Program-made: the position numbers and the translations under genes
In this document: one piece after another, positions 44,102 through 53,750 of the stretch
Layout: every line of letters begins with the position of its first letter
How positions within the stretch are numbered: position 1 is the first letter of the stretch
Notes under the pieces: model-generated
Seen by the model: only the letters and a program-made list of their open reading frames with translations
What the model was told of the DNA's origin: nothing
Databases searched by the model: none
Origin: a virus
Taxonomy: Duplodnaviria > Caudoviricetes
DNA length: 58,171 bases
IMG/VR virus record: IMGVR_UViG_3300050131_000113
Span: 1 to 58,171 of that record
Direction: 5' to 3' (one strand)

Positions 44102-46067
44102 CTTGTTTCTCCGTTGGCAATTGGACAAACCAGCAGAAGTTCTCGCCGGTCTCCAGGTTGAGGGCGTGACGCGACACGAATTCATCGACGGCGCGCGTCA
44201 CGCCGAATTGGGGAAAAGCATGATTCTGGTAGTCGTGGCCGCACAGCCAGCCGCCGGGTTTGATCTTGCGCCGCCAGTCATAGATATCGGCACGACAACC
44301 GTCATAGGAATGATCGGCGTCGATGAAAACGAAATCGAGTGAGTGATTGGCAAAACGGAAAACTGCTGCATCGGAGCGCTCGCGCATGATCGTCGCCCGC
44401 TTCCCCGCGAACGTCACGCGCTTTTGCGCCCTGCAATAAAAATCATCCTGTGCGATCTGCGGCAGCCCCGCATGGAAGTCGCCGGAGCCATCGCGGTATG
44501 CGGCCCCGTGGCCTTCCCAGCTGTCGATCATCAGAAGCGAGAGATCTTCGCACCCCATCAACAGCGCTCGGGACAGTTCCCCCGCGAACACCCCGATCTC
44601 GGCGCCGACAAGTTCCTGACCATGCGCAAACCGCTTGAGTATTTCATGCGCGCGCACTTCCGCCGGCGACATGGTCTGGCGAAGATCCGCCGCGATATCT
44701 GGTAGCAACCCATGGCCGTGCACCGTGATCACTACGCCGTCGGCTTCATAGCCCGGCGCCAATTCCGCGAATTCGTTGGCCTGCCCCACCATCCACGGCG
44801 CGCATTTATAATGCTTGTCGCCATAGAGCACGTCCGTTATCGGATCGGAATCGTTGAGCGTCTGCGGGTAGGCGTGGTGCTGGTCGTCGTCGTAGGAGGA
44901 ATCAAACCCGTAGAGATGGATCTTGCGATAGCCGCGCGATATTGCAAGCGCCAGCGCGTTCATGCCTACCGTCGAGCCGCCGCCGATCAAATAGGTGACG
45001 CGGGCCTTTTCGTCCTTGAGTAATTCCGCCATGCCCGGCGAATTGGCGTGCCAGAGCGTGGTCCGGGCAGTTCCCGCCGCTTCGAATACCTCGGGAGCAC
45101 ATTGCGAGGCGATCAGATATTCCTTCGCGGGCCGCACGAATGCCAAATTCTCCGGACGGGCGTCCAGCAGCAACTGCGCCTCGATCTCGAGATCGGCGAG
45201 CACCACACCCGCATTGTTCAAGACCCAGACATCCTGCCCGATGCTCTTGCGCCAGAAAATCTCCGGCAGCATCCGCCGCACCGATGGCCCGCCCCCGATA
45301 ATCGCTACATGCCGGTCGTGTTCATCGTTCTGCGCATCGAACCAGGCAAGATTCCGCGCGCAAGCCGATCGCACGTTGGAAAACAACGCCTCTTGCGCGG
45401 TATTGATAACCTTCTTCAGTTCCGCGTGCGAAAGGCCGCCGACCTTCCAGACCTTCGGCACCCAGCCTTCGGTCACTTCATGCGGCCGCGGGTGCCCGTG
45501 AAACGCCACCACGGCGGCCTCATTCGGAATTCCGCGCGTCTTCTTGTACGACACAAACATGCCGGGATATCGAACCTGCAACCGCTCCCGCCCCACAACC
45601 AAGGAACGCTCGATCCATGCCTGGTCGCCGCCGGGATCATCCGTCGGGCAGCCGGCCGCCTTGAAACTTTCCCAGATGTGGGAATGAAGGCCCGCCTCCC
45701 ATGCCATGACAGAGGATTGCAAACCCAGCGGGCGGTAAAAATCCGCCAGAATTCCAAAATCCCCGTCGTAAGCCGCCAACGCATCGATCGCGCCCGTGAT
45801 GACGGTATCGAGATCGAAGAACAAAACCCGGTCGCCCTGCGGAAACAACCCATCGCGAAACAGCGCCAGTTTGCTCCACCATCCCGGCAGGTCCGCCGGC
45901 AGAGGTTCGGTCGAAATATCTTCCGGCAATTCTTCCGGCCGGTCGGTAAAGCACACAAAGCGGCCTTCGAAACCTGCCTCAAGGTTTCGGGCAACCATGT
46001 CCTTTAAGTTGAGGACGTAGGCCGGCGAGAACATCTCGCCGGCCCGGATGCAGCAAACATGCAGCAT
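44091..46067 (-). CDS. glycosyltransferase - Maf/DUF115-like - SAM methyltransferase fusion
   Basis: CFTD, WWSKL, DLD; IIGGGPS, IHLYGFD; EIGVFAG, FIDADHSY, PGG...GHDY. Confidence 0.8.
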   Translation of the reverse strand: MLHVCCIRAGEMFSPAYVLNLKDMVARNLEAGFEGRFVCFTDRPEELPEDISTEPLPADLPGWWSKLALFRDGLFPQGDRVLFFDLDTVITGAIDALAAYDGDFGILADFYRPLGLQSSVMAWEAGLHSHIWESFKAAGCPTDDPGGDQAWIERSLVVGRERLQVRYPGMFVSYKKTRGIPNEAAVVAFHGHPRPHEVTEGWVPKVWKVGGLSHAELKKVINTAQEALFSNVRSACARNLAWFDAQNDEHDRHVAIIGGGPSVRRMLPEIFWRKSIGQDVWVLNNAGVVLADLEIEAQLLLDARPENLAFVRPAKEYLIASQCAPEVFEAAGTARTTLWHANSPGMAELLKDEKARVTYLIGGGSTVGMNALALAISRGYRKIHLYGFDSSYDDDQHHAYPQTLNDSDPITDVLYGDKHYKCAPWMVGQANEFAELAPGYEADGVVITVHGHGLLPDIAADLRQTMSPAEVRAHEILKRFAHGQELVGAEIGVFAGELSRALLMGCEDLSLLMIDSWEGHGAAYRDGSGDFHAGLPQIAQDDFYCRAQKRVTFAGKRATIMRERSDAAVFRFANHSLDFVFIDADHSYDGCRADIYDWRRKIKPGGWLCGHDYQNHAFPQFGVTRAVDEFVSRHALNLETGENFCWFVQLPTEKQDAA

Positions 46068-46082
46068 GTCGCAACGCTTCCT

Positions 46083-46580
46083 TTATGTGATCTGGCCTTG
46101 CAGAGACGGACGGTTGATCAGGACCGTGATCGTCGAGGTCGTCGTCGTCACGGTTGCAAGATTCGCAGCGCGCGCGCCGAGAACTTCGAGACCGGACGCC
46201 GAGGTCGCCATCACGCGGCCCGCGGTAGCGGACTGATAGACCTTGCCACCGGCAAGGAACTTGGTGTTGGTCTTCTTGAGGACCGCCAACCCGTCGATCT
46301 GGTACCAGCCGTATTGGGCGGCAACATTCGCCGACATCGCGACCGCCATCGGACCGACATTGTTCGCCGTATTGGGCGACAGTGCCGTCTGATAGGTGGT
46401 CGCGTTGTAGTTGACCATCAGACCAACAATGGTGCCGACGACGCCTAGCAGATAGATGAACTCGCCGGCGCCGAGGGTCGAATCATACGCACGGACGATA
46501 GATCCGAGCGGATGGTTTTGAGTGGTGGAGTTGAAGCCGATCGGCTGGATGCCGAGCTGGTTTTCAGTGGGAACGTACAT
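46083..46580 (-). CDS. capsid cement/decoration protein
   Basis: GEFIY, YGWYQ..G; follows the major capsid gene. Confidence 0.65.
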   Translation of the reverse strand: MYVPTENQLGIQPIGFNSTTQNHPLGSIVRAYDSTLGAGEFIYLLGVVGTIVGLMVNYNATTYQTALSPNTANNVGPMAVAMSANVAAQYGWYQIDGLAVLKKTNTKFLAGGKVYQSATAGRVMATSASGLEVLGARAANLATVTTTTSTITVLINRPSLQGQIT

Positions 46581-46598
46581 GCTCTGTTTCCTTTCCCA

Positions 46599-47630
46599 TC
46601 AAGCCGTGATGACGCCCTGGAGGAACCGATTGCTCATCGTCATATTGGCGGCGAGCGCGATCAGTTTCACCATGGCATCCTGGTTGACCGAGAACCGATC
46701 CGGATCGAGCGGGACCATGTTGCGGTCCTGATGCGGGCGGTAGTGGATGAAGTCGGTATTGAGCATGTACATGTGCGACGCCGGAGCGCCGCTACCGCTC
46801 AACCACGATCCGCCGGCACCGAGCACCGAGACATTGCCCGCGGTCGTTCCCTGGAAACCGCCGTCATAGACGACATCGGCATCCATGAACTTCAGCGAGG
46901 AAAAGCCCGCCATCCCGGATTTTTCATCCGTGATGCGCTGGATCGCCTGCAACGACTCCCAGTAGTACCGATAGTAGACGTTGTCGGAGATGATGAGGTC
47001 CGGACGATCCGGGCCCCGCGCCTGGGCCAGCCACGCGCGGTTCATCATAGTCTGCATCGTTGCCGCACCCGGCGTCAATCCGTTCGACGCGAAGCTCTGC
47101 AGGTTGTTCTGCCAGAACCCCCAGACGGAAGAATCGATTCCGCCTACCACGCCGGAGTTGTTGACGTCGGCGACGAGCAATTGCAGACCACCGATCTGTT
47201 TGCCGCCGTCGGCCGTGCCGTTCGAGTAGCAGTCGTTCGAGATGTTGTTCTGCATGGTGCGTTCGGCGTTGCCGATCCGCGATTCCAGCAGATTGATCAT
47301 CTTTTCTTTGCCGGCGTTCTGCAGTATTTCCAAACCGGAAATGGAGACAGCGACGGCGGCTTGCGCTATCGGAAACTGAGCTGCCGTAAAAACATCCGAA
47401 GGGCTTACATTGAGAATATCGTAGCCGGAATAACGCTTGAACGTGCCGTTTTCCGAATACTCCATCTCCTGCACGATGGCTTGGCCACCATCGAAGGTCT
47501 TGATCTTGCCCTTCTGCGAAAGACGCCGCAGCAAGGCGTTGTTCTTAGTGACATTGTCGGCCAATTTCTTGGACCGATTGAAGAGAGTAGTCGTCGTTAT
47601 CTCTCCCCAATTCGTGTTGGGAATCGCCAT
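46599..47630 (-). CDS. major capsid protein
   Basis: LADNV..NNAL, YSGYD.L, FQG; follows the scaffold gene. Confidence 0.85.
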   Translation of the reverse strand: MAIPNTNWGEITTTTLFNRSKKLADNVTKNNALLRRLSQKGKIKTFDGGQAIVQEMEYSENGTFKRYSGYDILNVSPSDVFTAAQFPIAQAAVAVSISGLEILQNAGKEKMINLLESRIGNAERTMQNNISNDCYSNGTADGGKQIGGLQLLVADVNNSGVVGGIDSSVWGFWQNNLQSFASNGLTPGAATMQTMMNRAWLAQARGPDRPDLIISDNVYYRYYWESLQAIQRITDEKSGMAGFSSLKFMDADVVYDGGFQGTTAGNVSVLGAGGSWLSGSGAPASHMYMLNTDFIHYRPHQDRNMVPLDPDRFSVNQDAMVKLIALAANMTMSNRFLQGVITA

Positions 47631-47666
47631 GGTATCTCCCTATGGCGTGCGAGTTCGGTTGAGAGG

Positions 47667-48905
47667 TCAGGCTGCTTCATCGGCGGCCGCCTCCAGCTGT
47701 TCGCGCAGCGAAAGCCCGTCGTTCGATTTGCCGCTGGGTGCCTGACCGGAGCCTGGGGCACCCTGGACGCTCGAACCTGCTCTCCTTGCAGCAGCGGCTT
47801 TCGCCCTGGCCGCTTCGGTGCGCGTTGTTTCCTCTTGCTGCGCCTTGGCAGTGAGTACTTTCTCGCGCGTTGAAGGGTTGGCGTAGACCGCGGTTTCATA
47901 AAGCGCTTCCAGCGACGGAACAGCCTGCTTGCTTGCCAGCGCGGCATTGGCGAGGGACGTCATCAGTTCCTCGACGTCTGCCATGTGCGGGTGCAACAGA
48001 TTGCCCTTGTCGTCCTTGGCACTCCTGAATTCGTTGACAGTATTTTCTGCAGCCTGCTCCTGCTGCAGTTCGAGCGCGCGGCGGGAAGCCGTTTCGCGCT
48101 GCTCGATGGTCTGGAATTTCTGGCCGAATTGGCCGACCTGCTGGCGCAGCGCGTCGAGTTCGGCTTGTACCTGCGGCGGGATCGCGACCGGCTGGCCGTT
48201 CTCGATCGCGGTTGGCTGTTGACCCGGCTGCTGCTGACCGGCAGCTGCAGCGGCCTGCTGGCGCGTGATGCCGAGCGCGGAGGCGAGCTTTTCAACCGGG
48301 ATGTTGTAACCGGTCAACAGCCCCTTGATGACCTCGATGGCGCTGTCGGGGCCGCTCGCGAGCTTGGTTTCGACGTTGGCCCAGGATTCGATCAGGGTGC
48401 GCGGCGTGAAGCCTTTCTGGCGCAGCACGTCCTTGTGCGGGGCGAACATTTCGTCGACCGGGCCGTATTCCTTCTGCAGATGGGCGACGGCCTGTGTCTT
48501 GCGGGTGTAGTCGCCCTCCAGCAACTTGACGCGATCGAGGATGAATGCCTGCGACGCCGGCGGTTGCGCCTTGAACTTGTCCTTGTCGGCTTGCGACCAT
48601 TGCGCGGGGGGGTCTTTGCTGTCGGCGGCAGGAGCGGCTGCGGCGGGAGGCGACTTGTCGGCGGAAGCCGCGGCATTCGGATCGGCTGCGGCTTCATCCT
48701 TCTTGACGAACTTGCCGTCTGGACCGCGGACGCGGCCCTCGGCCGACGCCGGATTGTCGCCGTCGGCGCCGGCCTCCGGCTTTGCCGGCGCGGTCGCCGG
48801 ATCGACGGCAGGCGTGTCGGCTTCCGCGACAGCGGCGTTTAGTGCCGAGCGGATGTCGTCGGCTGGCTGCTCGTTTTCAGTGCCGGGTTCGATGTCGACG
48901 TTCAT
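47667..48905 (-). CDS. scaffolding protein
   Basis: Acidic Ala/Pro-rich N-terminus, R..DGKF, C-terminal SLREQL. Confidence 0.75.
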   Translation of the reverse strand: MNVDIEPGTENEQPADDIRSALNAAVAEADTPAVDPATAPAKPEAGADGDNPASAEGRVRGPDGKFVKKDEAAADPNAAASADKSPPAAAAPAADSKDPPAQWSQADKDKFKAQPPASQAFILDRVKLLEGDYTRKTQAVAHLQKEYGPVDEMFAPHKDVLRQKGFTPRTLIESWANVETKLASGPDSAIEVIKGLLTGYNIPVEKLASALGITRQQAAAAAGQQQPGQQPTAIENGQPVAIPPQVQAELDALRQQVGQFGQKFQTIEQRETASRRALELQQEQAAENTVNEFRSAKDDKGNLLHPHMADVEELMTSLANAALASKQAVPSLEALYETAVYANPSTREKVLTAKAQQEETTRTEAARAKAAAARRAGSSVQGAPGSGQAPSGKSNDGLSLREQLEAAADEAA

Positions 48906-48913
48906 GAATTCCC

Positions 48914-49627
48914 TCAATTGTTGCGGCCTTGATCGGCGAGCATTCCAAAGGCTGCCGGCGCCGCGACCAGTCCGCCGTTCCGTTTGATGAAATCCCAATC
49001 CGCTTGCTTCATCAGCGGACTGCCGGGGATCGCGCCAGGCGCAGCCTCTTCGTAACCGCCGATCGCGCGCGCCTTGTCGCCTTCCCAGCCCGACTTGGTT
49101 CGTGCAACCAGATCGGCCCATGAACCTTTGTCGGCTTGCGGGCGCTTGAAGTCCCAGCCTTCGGCGGATTTTCCGACCGTCATGCCTTGCGCGCGGCGCT
49201 GGTTAGCCAATTCCTTGAACAGGTCGACGTTATCGACCATCCGCATGCGCGCCGGTCCGGAGCCCAGTGCGGCACCTGCGCCTTCTCCGGTGCCAGCCGC
49301 CCCGCCACTCATCACGGTCAGCGCTGTCTCGATCGGGACGCGCGGGTCGTAATTCCCGGTATCCAGTGAATTCTGCGAATTCTGGATTGCCCGCTTTGGC
49401 AGCGACGCAAGGCTTTCGATCATCCCGCGTACCGCCGGGTTGGCGAAGGTCTCCGGCTGCATCGCAGCCCGATCGCCTTCCGGATTATTGTACGAGGTCG
49501 GTATCCGCTGCGGCTGGCTTGCCAGTTGAAGTCTTGCCTGCGCCAGCACTTGCGCGAGACCTTGCTCGTTTGGGGACGCGAACGGATTGTCGCCAGCCGA
49601 AAGCAAGCTGGCCGGATCGTATGGCAT
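48914..49627 (-). CDS. hypothetical head-module protein
   Basis: ORF between portal and scaffold. Confidence 0.6.
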   Translation of the reverse strand: MPYDPASLLSAGDNPFASPNEQGLAQVLAQARLQLASQPQRIPTSYNNPEGDRAAMQPETFANPAVRGMIESLASLPKRAIQNSQNSLDTGNYDPRVPIETALTVMSGGAAGTGEGAGAALGSGPARMRMVDNVDLFKELANQRRAQGMTVGKSAEGWDFKRPQADKGSWADLVARTKSGWEGDKARAIGGYEEAAPGAIPGSPLMKQADWDFIKRNGGLVAAPAAFGMLADQGRNN

Positions 49628-49628
49628 C

Positions 49629-49715
49629 TCAAGACTTCTTCGGTTTCGGCGGAGTGCCCTTCAGCGTCTTGTTGATCGCCTTGAGCAGCTTCGATATCCT
49701 TTTCCGCAGGCCCAC
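49629..49715 (-). CDS. 28-aa basic peptide
   Basis: GTG start, MGLRKRISKLLKAINKTLKGTPPKPKKS; fills the gap exactly. Confidence 0.4.
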   Translation of the reverse strand: MGLRKRISKLLKAINKTLKGTPPKPKKS

Positions 49716-49716
49716 G

Positions 49717-50019
49717 TCAGCAATCTTTCATCGCGCGGCGAATATCGCCAACGCGCTCGGCCTGCGAACCTTCCTCGCGCCGTTGCGCTGGCATCTCGTT
49801 GCCGAGCTCGCGGTAGCCGTTGTTCTGCAGGAACTCGCGATGTTGCCTTCGCCCGCCGATCACGGGCCGCTTGCCTGTGGCCTTGTCGGCGGCGCTGGCG
49901 CGGTAGGGCTCAAGATCGGAGATCACCATCGGCGCGGCATCGCGCGCGATCAGCGGGGCGGCCTTGTGCTTGGGCACCAGCTTGCCGTTGCGATAGACCC
50001 AGGTGCCGGTTTTAGCCAT
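49717..50019 (-). CDS. conserved hypothetical protein
   Basis: ISD..PY.S, HRE.L...GY.ELGNE. Confidence 0.65.
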   Translation of the reverse strand: MAKTGTWVYRNGKLVPKHKAAPLIARDAAPMVISDLEPYRASAADKATGKRPVIGGRRQHREFLQNNGYRELGNEMPAQRREEGSQAERVGDIRRAMKDC

Positions 50020-50227
50020 TGGAGTCCGGCTCCCCCACCATCGCGTTGTTGAGCATCGTTGCGAGATAGGTTCGTTTGGCGATCTTGTTGACGCCGTGCT
50101 TGTCGAAATGAGCCTTCGGAATCTCGACCGTCCATCTCTTGCCGCCGCGCTCGATCGTGTAGAAGCAAGCTTGCGTGACCGGATCGAAGCGGGTGGCGAC
50201 GATTTCGGTGTCGAGATGGATGGTCAT
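50012..50227 (-). CDS. hypothetical protein
   Basis: ATGA overlap. Confidence 0.55.
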   Translation of the reverse strand: MTIHLDTEIVATRFDPVTQACFYTIERGGKRWTVEIPKAHFDKHGVNKIAKRTYLATMLNNAMVGEPDSNG

Positions 50228-50466
50228 GCGGCCCTCTTTATCAGGAGGGAGATATTCCACTCATCACACGGGTCTTGGCTTGGCTTCTCAGACATTGCGG
50301 AGACCCGTAAATAGGCGTTATGCGCCGTGAGTGCCGTTGCGATAATCCGCTTCAAATCATCGGATGATATCGGATCACTATTTTTTCCGACACAAGCGGA
50401 GTGGGAGCGAAGTGTGTTGAGCCATGCGTGCTCAATTGCCTCCAGAGACGGATAATCCTTACTCAC
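50224..50466 (-). CDS. lower-GC hypothetical protein
   Basis: GTGA overlap with the portal gene. Confidence 0.45.
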   Translation of the reverse strand: MSKDYPSLEAIEHAWLNTLRSHSACVGKNSDPISSDDLKRIIATALTAHNAYLRVSAMSEKPSQDPCDEWNISLLIKRAA

Positions 50467-52907
50467 TGCAATTCCCTCGCGCCACGCGATGCGACGTTCT
50501 GTTCCCGCGTCATGGCAATATCGCGTTCGTTCGCGACGCGCTGGCCCTCAAGCGCAATTTCCGCTTCACGGTGCGGAGCTTCCTGTGCTGCCTGATCCGC
50601 TACCTGCTGCGTCTTCTGATTTTGTATCATCAGCAGCGTGGCGTTCTTCTCCCGCGCGATGGTGACCGCATCGGAAGATTTCTGGGTTTGAGCCGCTGCG
50701 TCCACCGCTGCCGTCTGCGTTTCAGTGGCAGCCCTGGTCTCGGTCTCGTGCACCTTGGCCGCGATCTCGGCGGGATCCGCACCCTGCTTGCCGGCTGGCG
50801 CTTTGCCATCCTGGCCGGTCGCCTTCGGGTTAGGCGGCATCTGCGCAATAGCGGCGAACGCCTTTTCGATGGTTTCCTCCAGCGGACGCGCCACGCGATA
50901 GCCGCGCACCACAAACAAGGTCATTTCCTTGGCCATGTCGGCCATCGCCGGATTGCCTTGCGCGATCGGGATCACGGTTTCCATGAAGGGCACGAACTGC
51001 TGCATGAATTCGGTGCGGGCTTTCTTTTCGGCTTGCTCATCGGGAGCGATGGTAGAGTCGGCCTCGATGTCGATCCGGAAGCCGTGCACGCCATCCTGTT
51101 TGATCAGGGCGACCGCGGCGTCGAATTGCTGCTGCTTTTGCTGGTTGGCCTGCGTCAGTGCCTGCACTTGTTGGGCGACCTGCTGCCACTGCGCCATTTG
51201 CTGCTCATAGGCCTGCATCTGCGGCGACGGTGGCGCGGGTTGCGGCGCTGCCGCCGGCATCCCTGGCTGACCACCATTCTGTGGCATGCCCTGCGGCTGG
51301 AGTGCTTGCGGAGGCGCTAATTGAAGCGGCTGCGGCGGCATCTGCGGCTGCGGCGGCAATTGAGGAACCGGCGCGAGCTGCGGATAGCCCGTCACTTCCG
51401 AAATCGTCTTGGCCGAAAAATGTTCCGCGATCACCCCGCCGATCAGCCGGAACATGTCGCGGGCGAACCGGGCAATCGATTTCTGCTGCGGCGTAATGCG
51501 CCGGGTCGAAAAGTTGGCTTTCAACTCCTGCGCACCCAGTGTTTCGTCCGGAGACGTCATGCCGCGCATGATGTCGCCGATGCCGGTGATTTCGTACAGG
51601 ATGTTCTTGACGCGGTCGCGCGCGTTGTAGAGTTGAATCAGGGTTTCGGCGACCTGCTGGATCGGCAGCCACTGGACCATGTCCTTCAGGCTGCCGCTGT
51701 TGGCGAAGGCCGCGAAATCTTGCACAGGGATCAGCTGGTTGTCGCCGGAATCGAACAGCTGCTGCAAAACCTGCTTGTTTTCGCCGGGATAGATGCCCTT
51801 GACCGCAAGCGCCTGGGTCAAGACGTCGATCCGCGCCGTCAGCTTGTCGAGTTCGCGCGCCTGGTCCTGATATTCGATGAAATCGGGAACTGGGATCCGC
51901 TTGTCGTTGGTGGTGGTCGCAAGACACGGATTGGGCGACGGGAAAAATCCCGGCAGCTTTAGGGGATCATCCTGCTTGTCGAGAATGAGATCGGGCGTTC
52001 CCGGCGCAAGCCAAATCGCCTGGCTTTTGGTCTTGTCCCAATATTCGTGAACGACCGCCTTCTTGAACATGTCCGGCGGCGGGTTTTCCTTTTCCTCCGA
52101 GCCAGAACCCTTCGGCGTGAAGTCGAGATTGACGGCGTTGCCCTTCTTCTTGCCGAACCGATTTACCAGATCGTCGCGTGTCAGGTATGAGCGATAGCGG
52201 ATCCATGGCACTTCCTGCCATTTGCGCGCCGGACCCTCGCGGTAGTCTTCCCAGAACACATAAGCCGGCTTTGCCTCTTCGTAAGTCACTTCGCGCAGCG
52301 GCTCGGCTTCGTCCTTTGCACCCTTCTTTTCGCCGGCCTCGTCGTCGCTTTCGTCACCGGGATTGTCGACGATAGAGGGCGAGGAATTGGCGTTGGCGAA
52401 TTCGGCATTGCCGCCCGCATCGGGCTTCGGCGCGGCGGCGTCTTTGATCTCGTCGCCGAAATGCGGAACGTACAGCACCCGCGCGGTGCCGCGGCCCGGT
52501 AGCAAGCGGTCTTCGGTGACCGCTCCCATCATGTCGTCGAAATCGAATTGATCCGCCGAAAACGTGATGCAGCGCTCCAGTAGCGTCGAGGCCAGCCGTG
52601 CGGTCGGATCGTCGTCGCGGAAACGGCGCTCGACATCGGCCTTGGGCGTGCGCGCATACAGCGTCGGGATCAGGGTCTGGACGTTCGACCACAGGATGTT
52701 GAAGCGGTTGGTTTGTTTGTCGGCCTCAGGACGCTCGTCGCGGTAGCGCTGCACGATCTTGCGGGCTTGCTTGATCCATTTGCGCTCTTCGCGTTCGGCG
52801 ATCTTCTCCTGGCCCATCCAGTAGGCATAGGTCGCATCGGGCTCGGAGCCGAGATCCTTGCGAGTCTCGATGGTGCCGGTCTGGTTATTGGAGACGGGAT
52901 CAACCAT
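50463..52907 (-). CDS. portal protein
   Basis: FNILWSNV.TL.P.LY..TP, EITGI.DIMRG, IDIE.DSTI; follows TerL. Confidence 0.85.
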   Translation of the reverse strand: MVDPVSNNQTGTIETRKDLGSEPDATYAYWMGQEKIAEREERKWIKQARKIVQRYRDERPEADKQTNRFNILWSNVQTLIPTLYARTPKADVERRFRDDDPTARLASTLLERCITFSADQFDFDDMMGAVTEDRLLPGRGTARVLYVPHFGDEIKDAAAPKPDAGGNAEFANANSSPSIVDNPGDESDDEAGEKKGAKDEAEPLREVTYEEAKPAYVFWEDYREGPARKWQEVPWIRYRSYLTRDDLVNRFGKKKGNAVNLDFTPKGSGSEEKENPPPDMFKKAVVHEYWDKTKSQAIWLAPGTPDLILDKQDDPLKLPGFFPSPNPCLATTTNDKRIPVPDFIEYQDQARELDKLTARIDVLTQALAVKGIYPGENKQVLQQLFDSGDNQLIPVQDFAAFANSGSLKDMVQWLPIQQVAETLIQLYNARDRVKNILYEITGIGDIMRGMTSPDETLGAQELKANFSTRRITPQQKSIARFARDMFRLIGGVIAEHFSAKTISEVTGYPQLAPVPQLPPQPQMPPQPLQLAPPQALQPQGMPQNGGQPGMPAAAPQPAPPSPQMQAYEQQMAQWQQVAQQVQALTQANQQKQQQFDAAVALIKQDGVHGFRIDIEADSTIAPDEQAEKKARTEFMQQFVPFMETVIPIAQGNPAMADMAKEMTLFVVRGYRVARPLEETIEKAFAAIAQMPPNPKATGQDGKAPAGKQGADPAEIAAKVHETETRAATETQTAAVDAAAQTQKSSDAVTIAREKNATLLMIQNQKTQQVADQAAQEAPHREAEIALEGQRVANERDIAMTREQNVASRGARELQ

Positions 52908-53505
52908 GGAACGGCGTCATTTCCCAGGCGTCGATCGTCTCCGGCGTCAGGTCCTCGATATCGCTGTGAAGCTGCGCGGCGTGGCGCATGATCTCGTTGC
53001 GGCAATCTTCGCGGGAGGCTTGTTCGTCAAGGAAGTGTTGATCGGCCGCAGGGCGGCTGGATTTCGTGACCGACGCGACTTCGGAATCGCGTCGCACCTG
53101 ATCGGCCTTCCTAATGTCTATCTCGCGAAACTGGAACGCGCGCACCTTACCGGGAGGAACGACCCCGTTGATGGCTACGCCTTCGGCTTCCGAAACCCTT
53201 TGGAACAGCCGGGATTTTTTGGTCTCGAACGGCGGCCCGACGATTTCATAGTCGGCCGTGAATTCCGTCGTATCGTCTTCGCGTGGCGTGCGGCGGATTG
53301 CGGCATCTACTTCGGCCGGCGCCTGCGGCACGGCCAGCGTCACCCAACGCTCTGCAGCCGGCATATCGGCATCCGCCGCATGCGCGCGCACGACCGCGTC
53401 ATGCTCATCGTATTCCCGCAAGGTCTCGATCCGCTGCTGGACCGCCGCGGCGAAACCCTCCGGCGTAAGATTGCCCAGCGCTTCGATTGAAATCTGATAG
53501 GTCAT
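52900..53505 (-). CDS. hypothetical protein
   Basis: Coupled ORF. Confidence 0.6.
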   Translation of the reverse strand: MTYQISIEALGNLTPEGFAAAVQQRIETLREYDEHDAVVRAHAADADMPAAERWVTLAVPQAPAEVDAAIRRTPREDDTTEFTADYEIVGPPFETKKSRLFQRVSEAEGVAINGVVPPGKVRAFQFREIDIRKADQVRRDSEVASVTKSSRPAADQHFLDEQASREDCRNEIMRHAAQLHSDIEDLTPETIDAWEMTPFHG

Positions 53506-53750
53506 TCGGACTTCACCACTGCAATGCCTCGCAACAGGAAATTGTCTTGTTCGATGTCGGTTGCTTTTGCGACGGTGCGGCCCTGGCGCTCTTGCACGTC
53601 GCGCATTTCGATGAGCGCGCGATCGAACGTGTCGGCATCGACTTGAAGCGGGTTTCGGACTTGCCAGAGCGGACGGGCGTCGATTTGGCGGGTGAGATCG
53701 GCGAGCGTCGGGGCCTCGAGCTGCGGGGTTGTGCCGATGTCGGCCATCAA
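53502..53750 (-). CDS. hypothetical protein
   Basis: Coupled ORF. Confidence 0.55.
   Translation of the reverse strand: MMADIGTTPQLEAPTLADLTRQIDARPLWQVRNPLQVDADTFDRALIEMRDVQERQGRTVAKATDIEQDNFLLRGIAVVKSE

Noticed and set aside
47660-47675. GAGAGGTCAGGC as another repeat arm (similar partial matches near 2080-2118, 3256 and 33560)
   Set aside because: Only one half of the motif matches, or the match lies in coding sequence with wrong spacing
46512-47873. Long plus-strand ORFs opposite late genes (also 2732-3730, 40532-41581, 45048-46007)
   Set aside because: Typical high-GC antisense frames opposite well-supported genes
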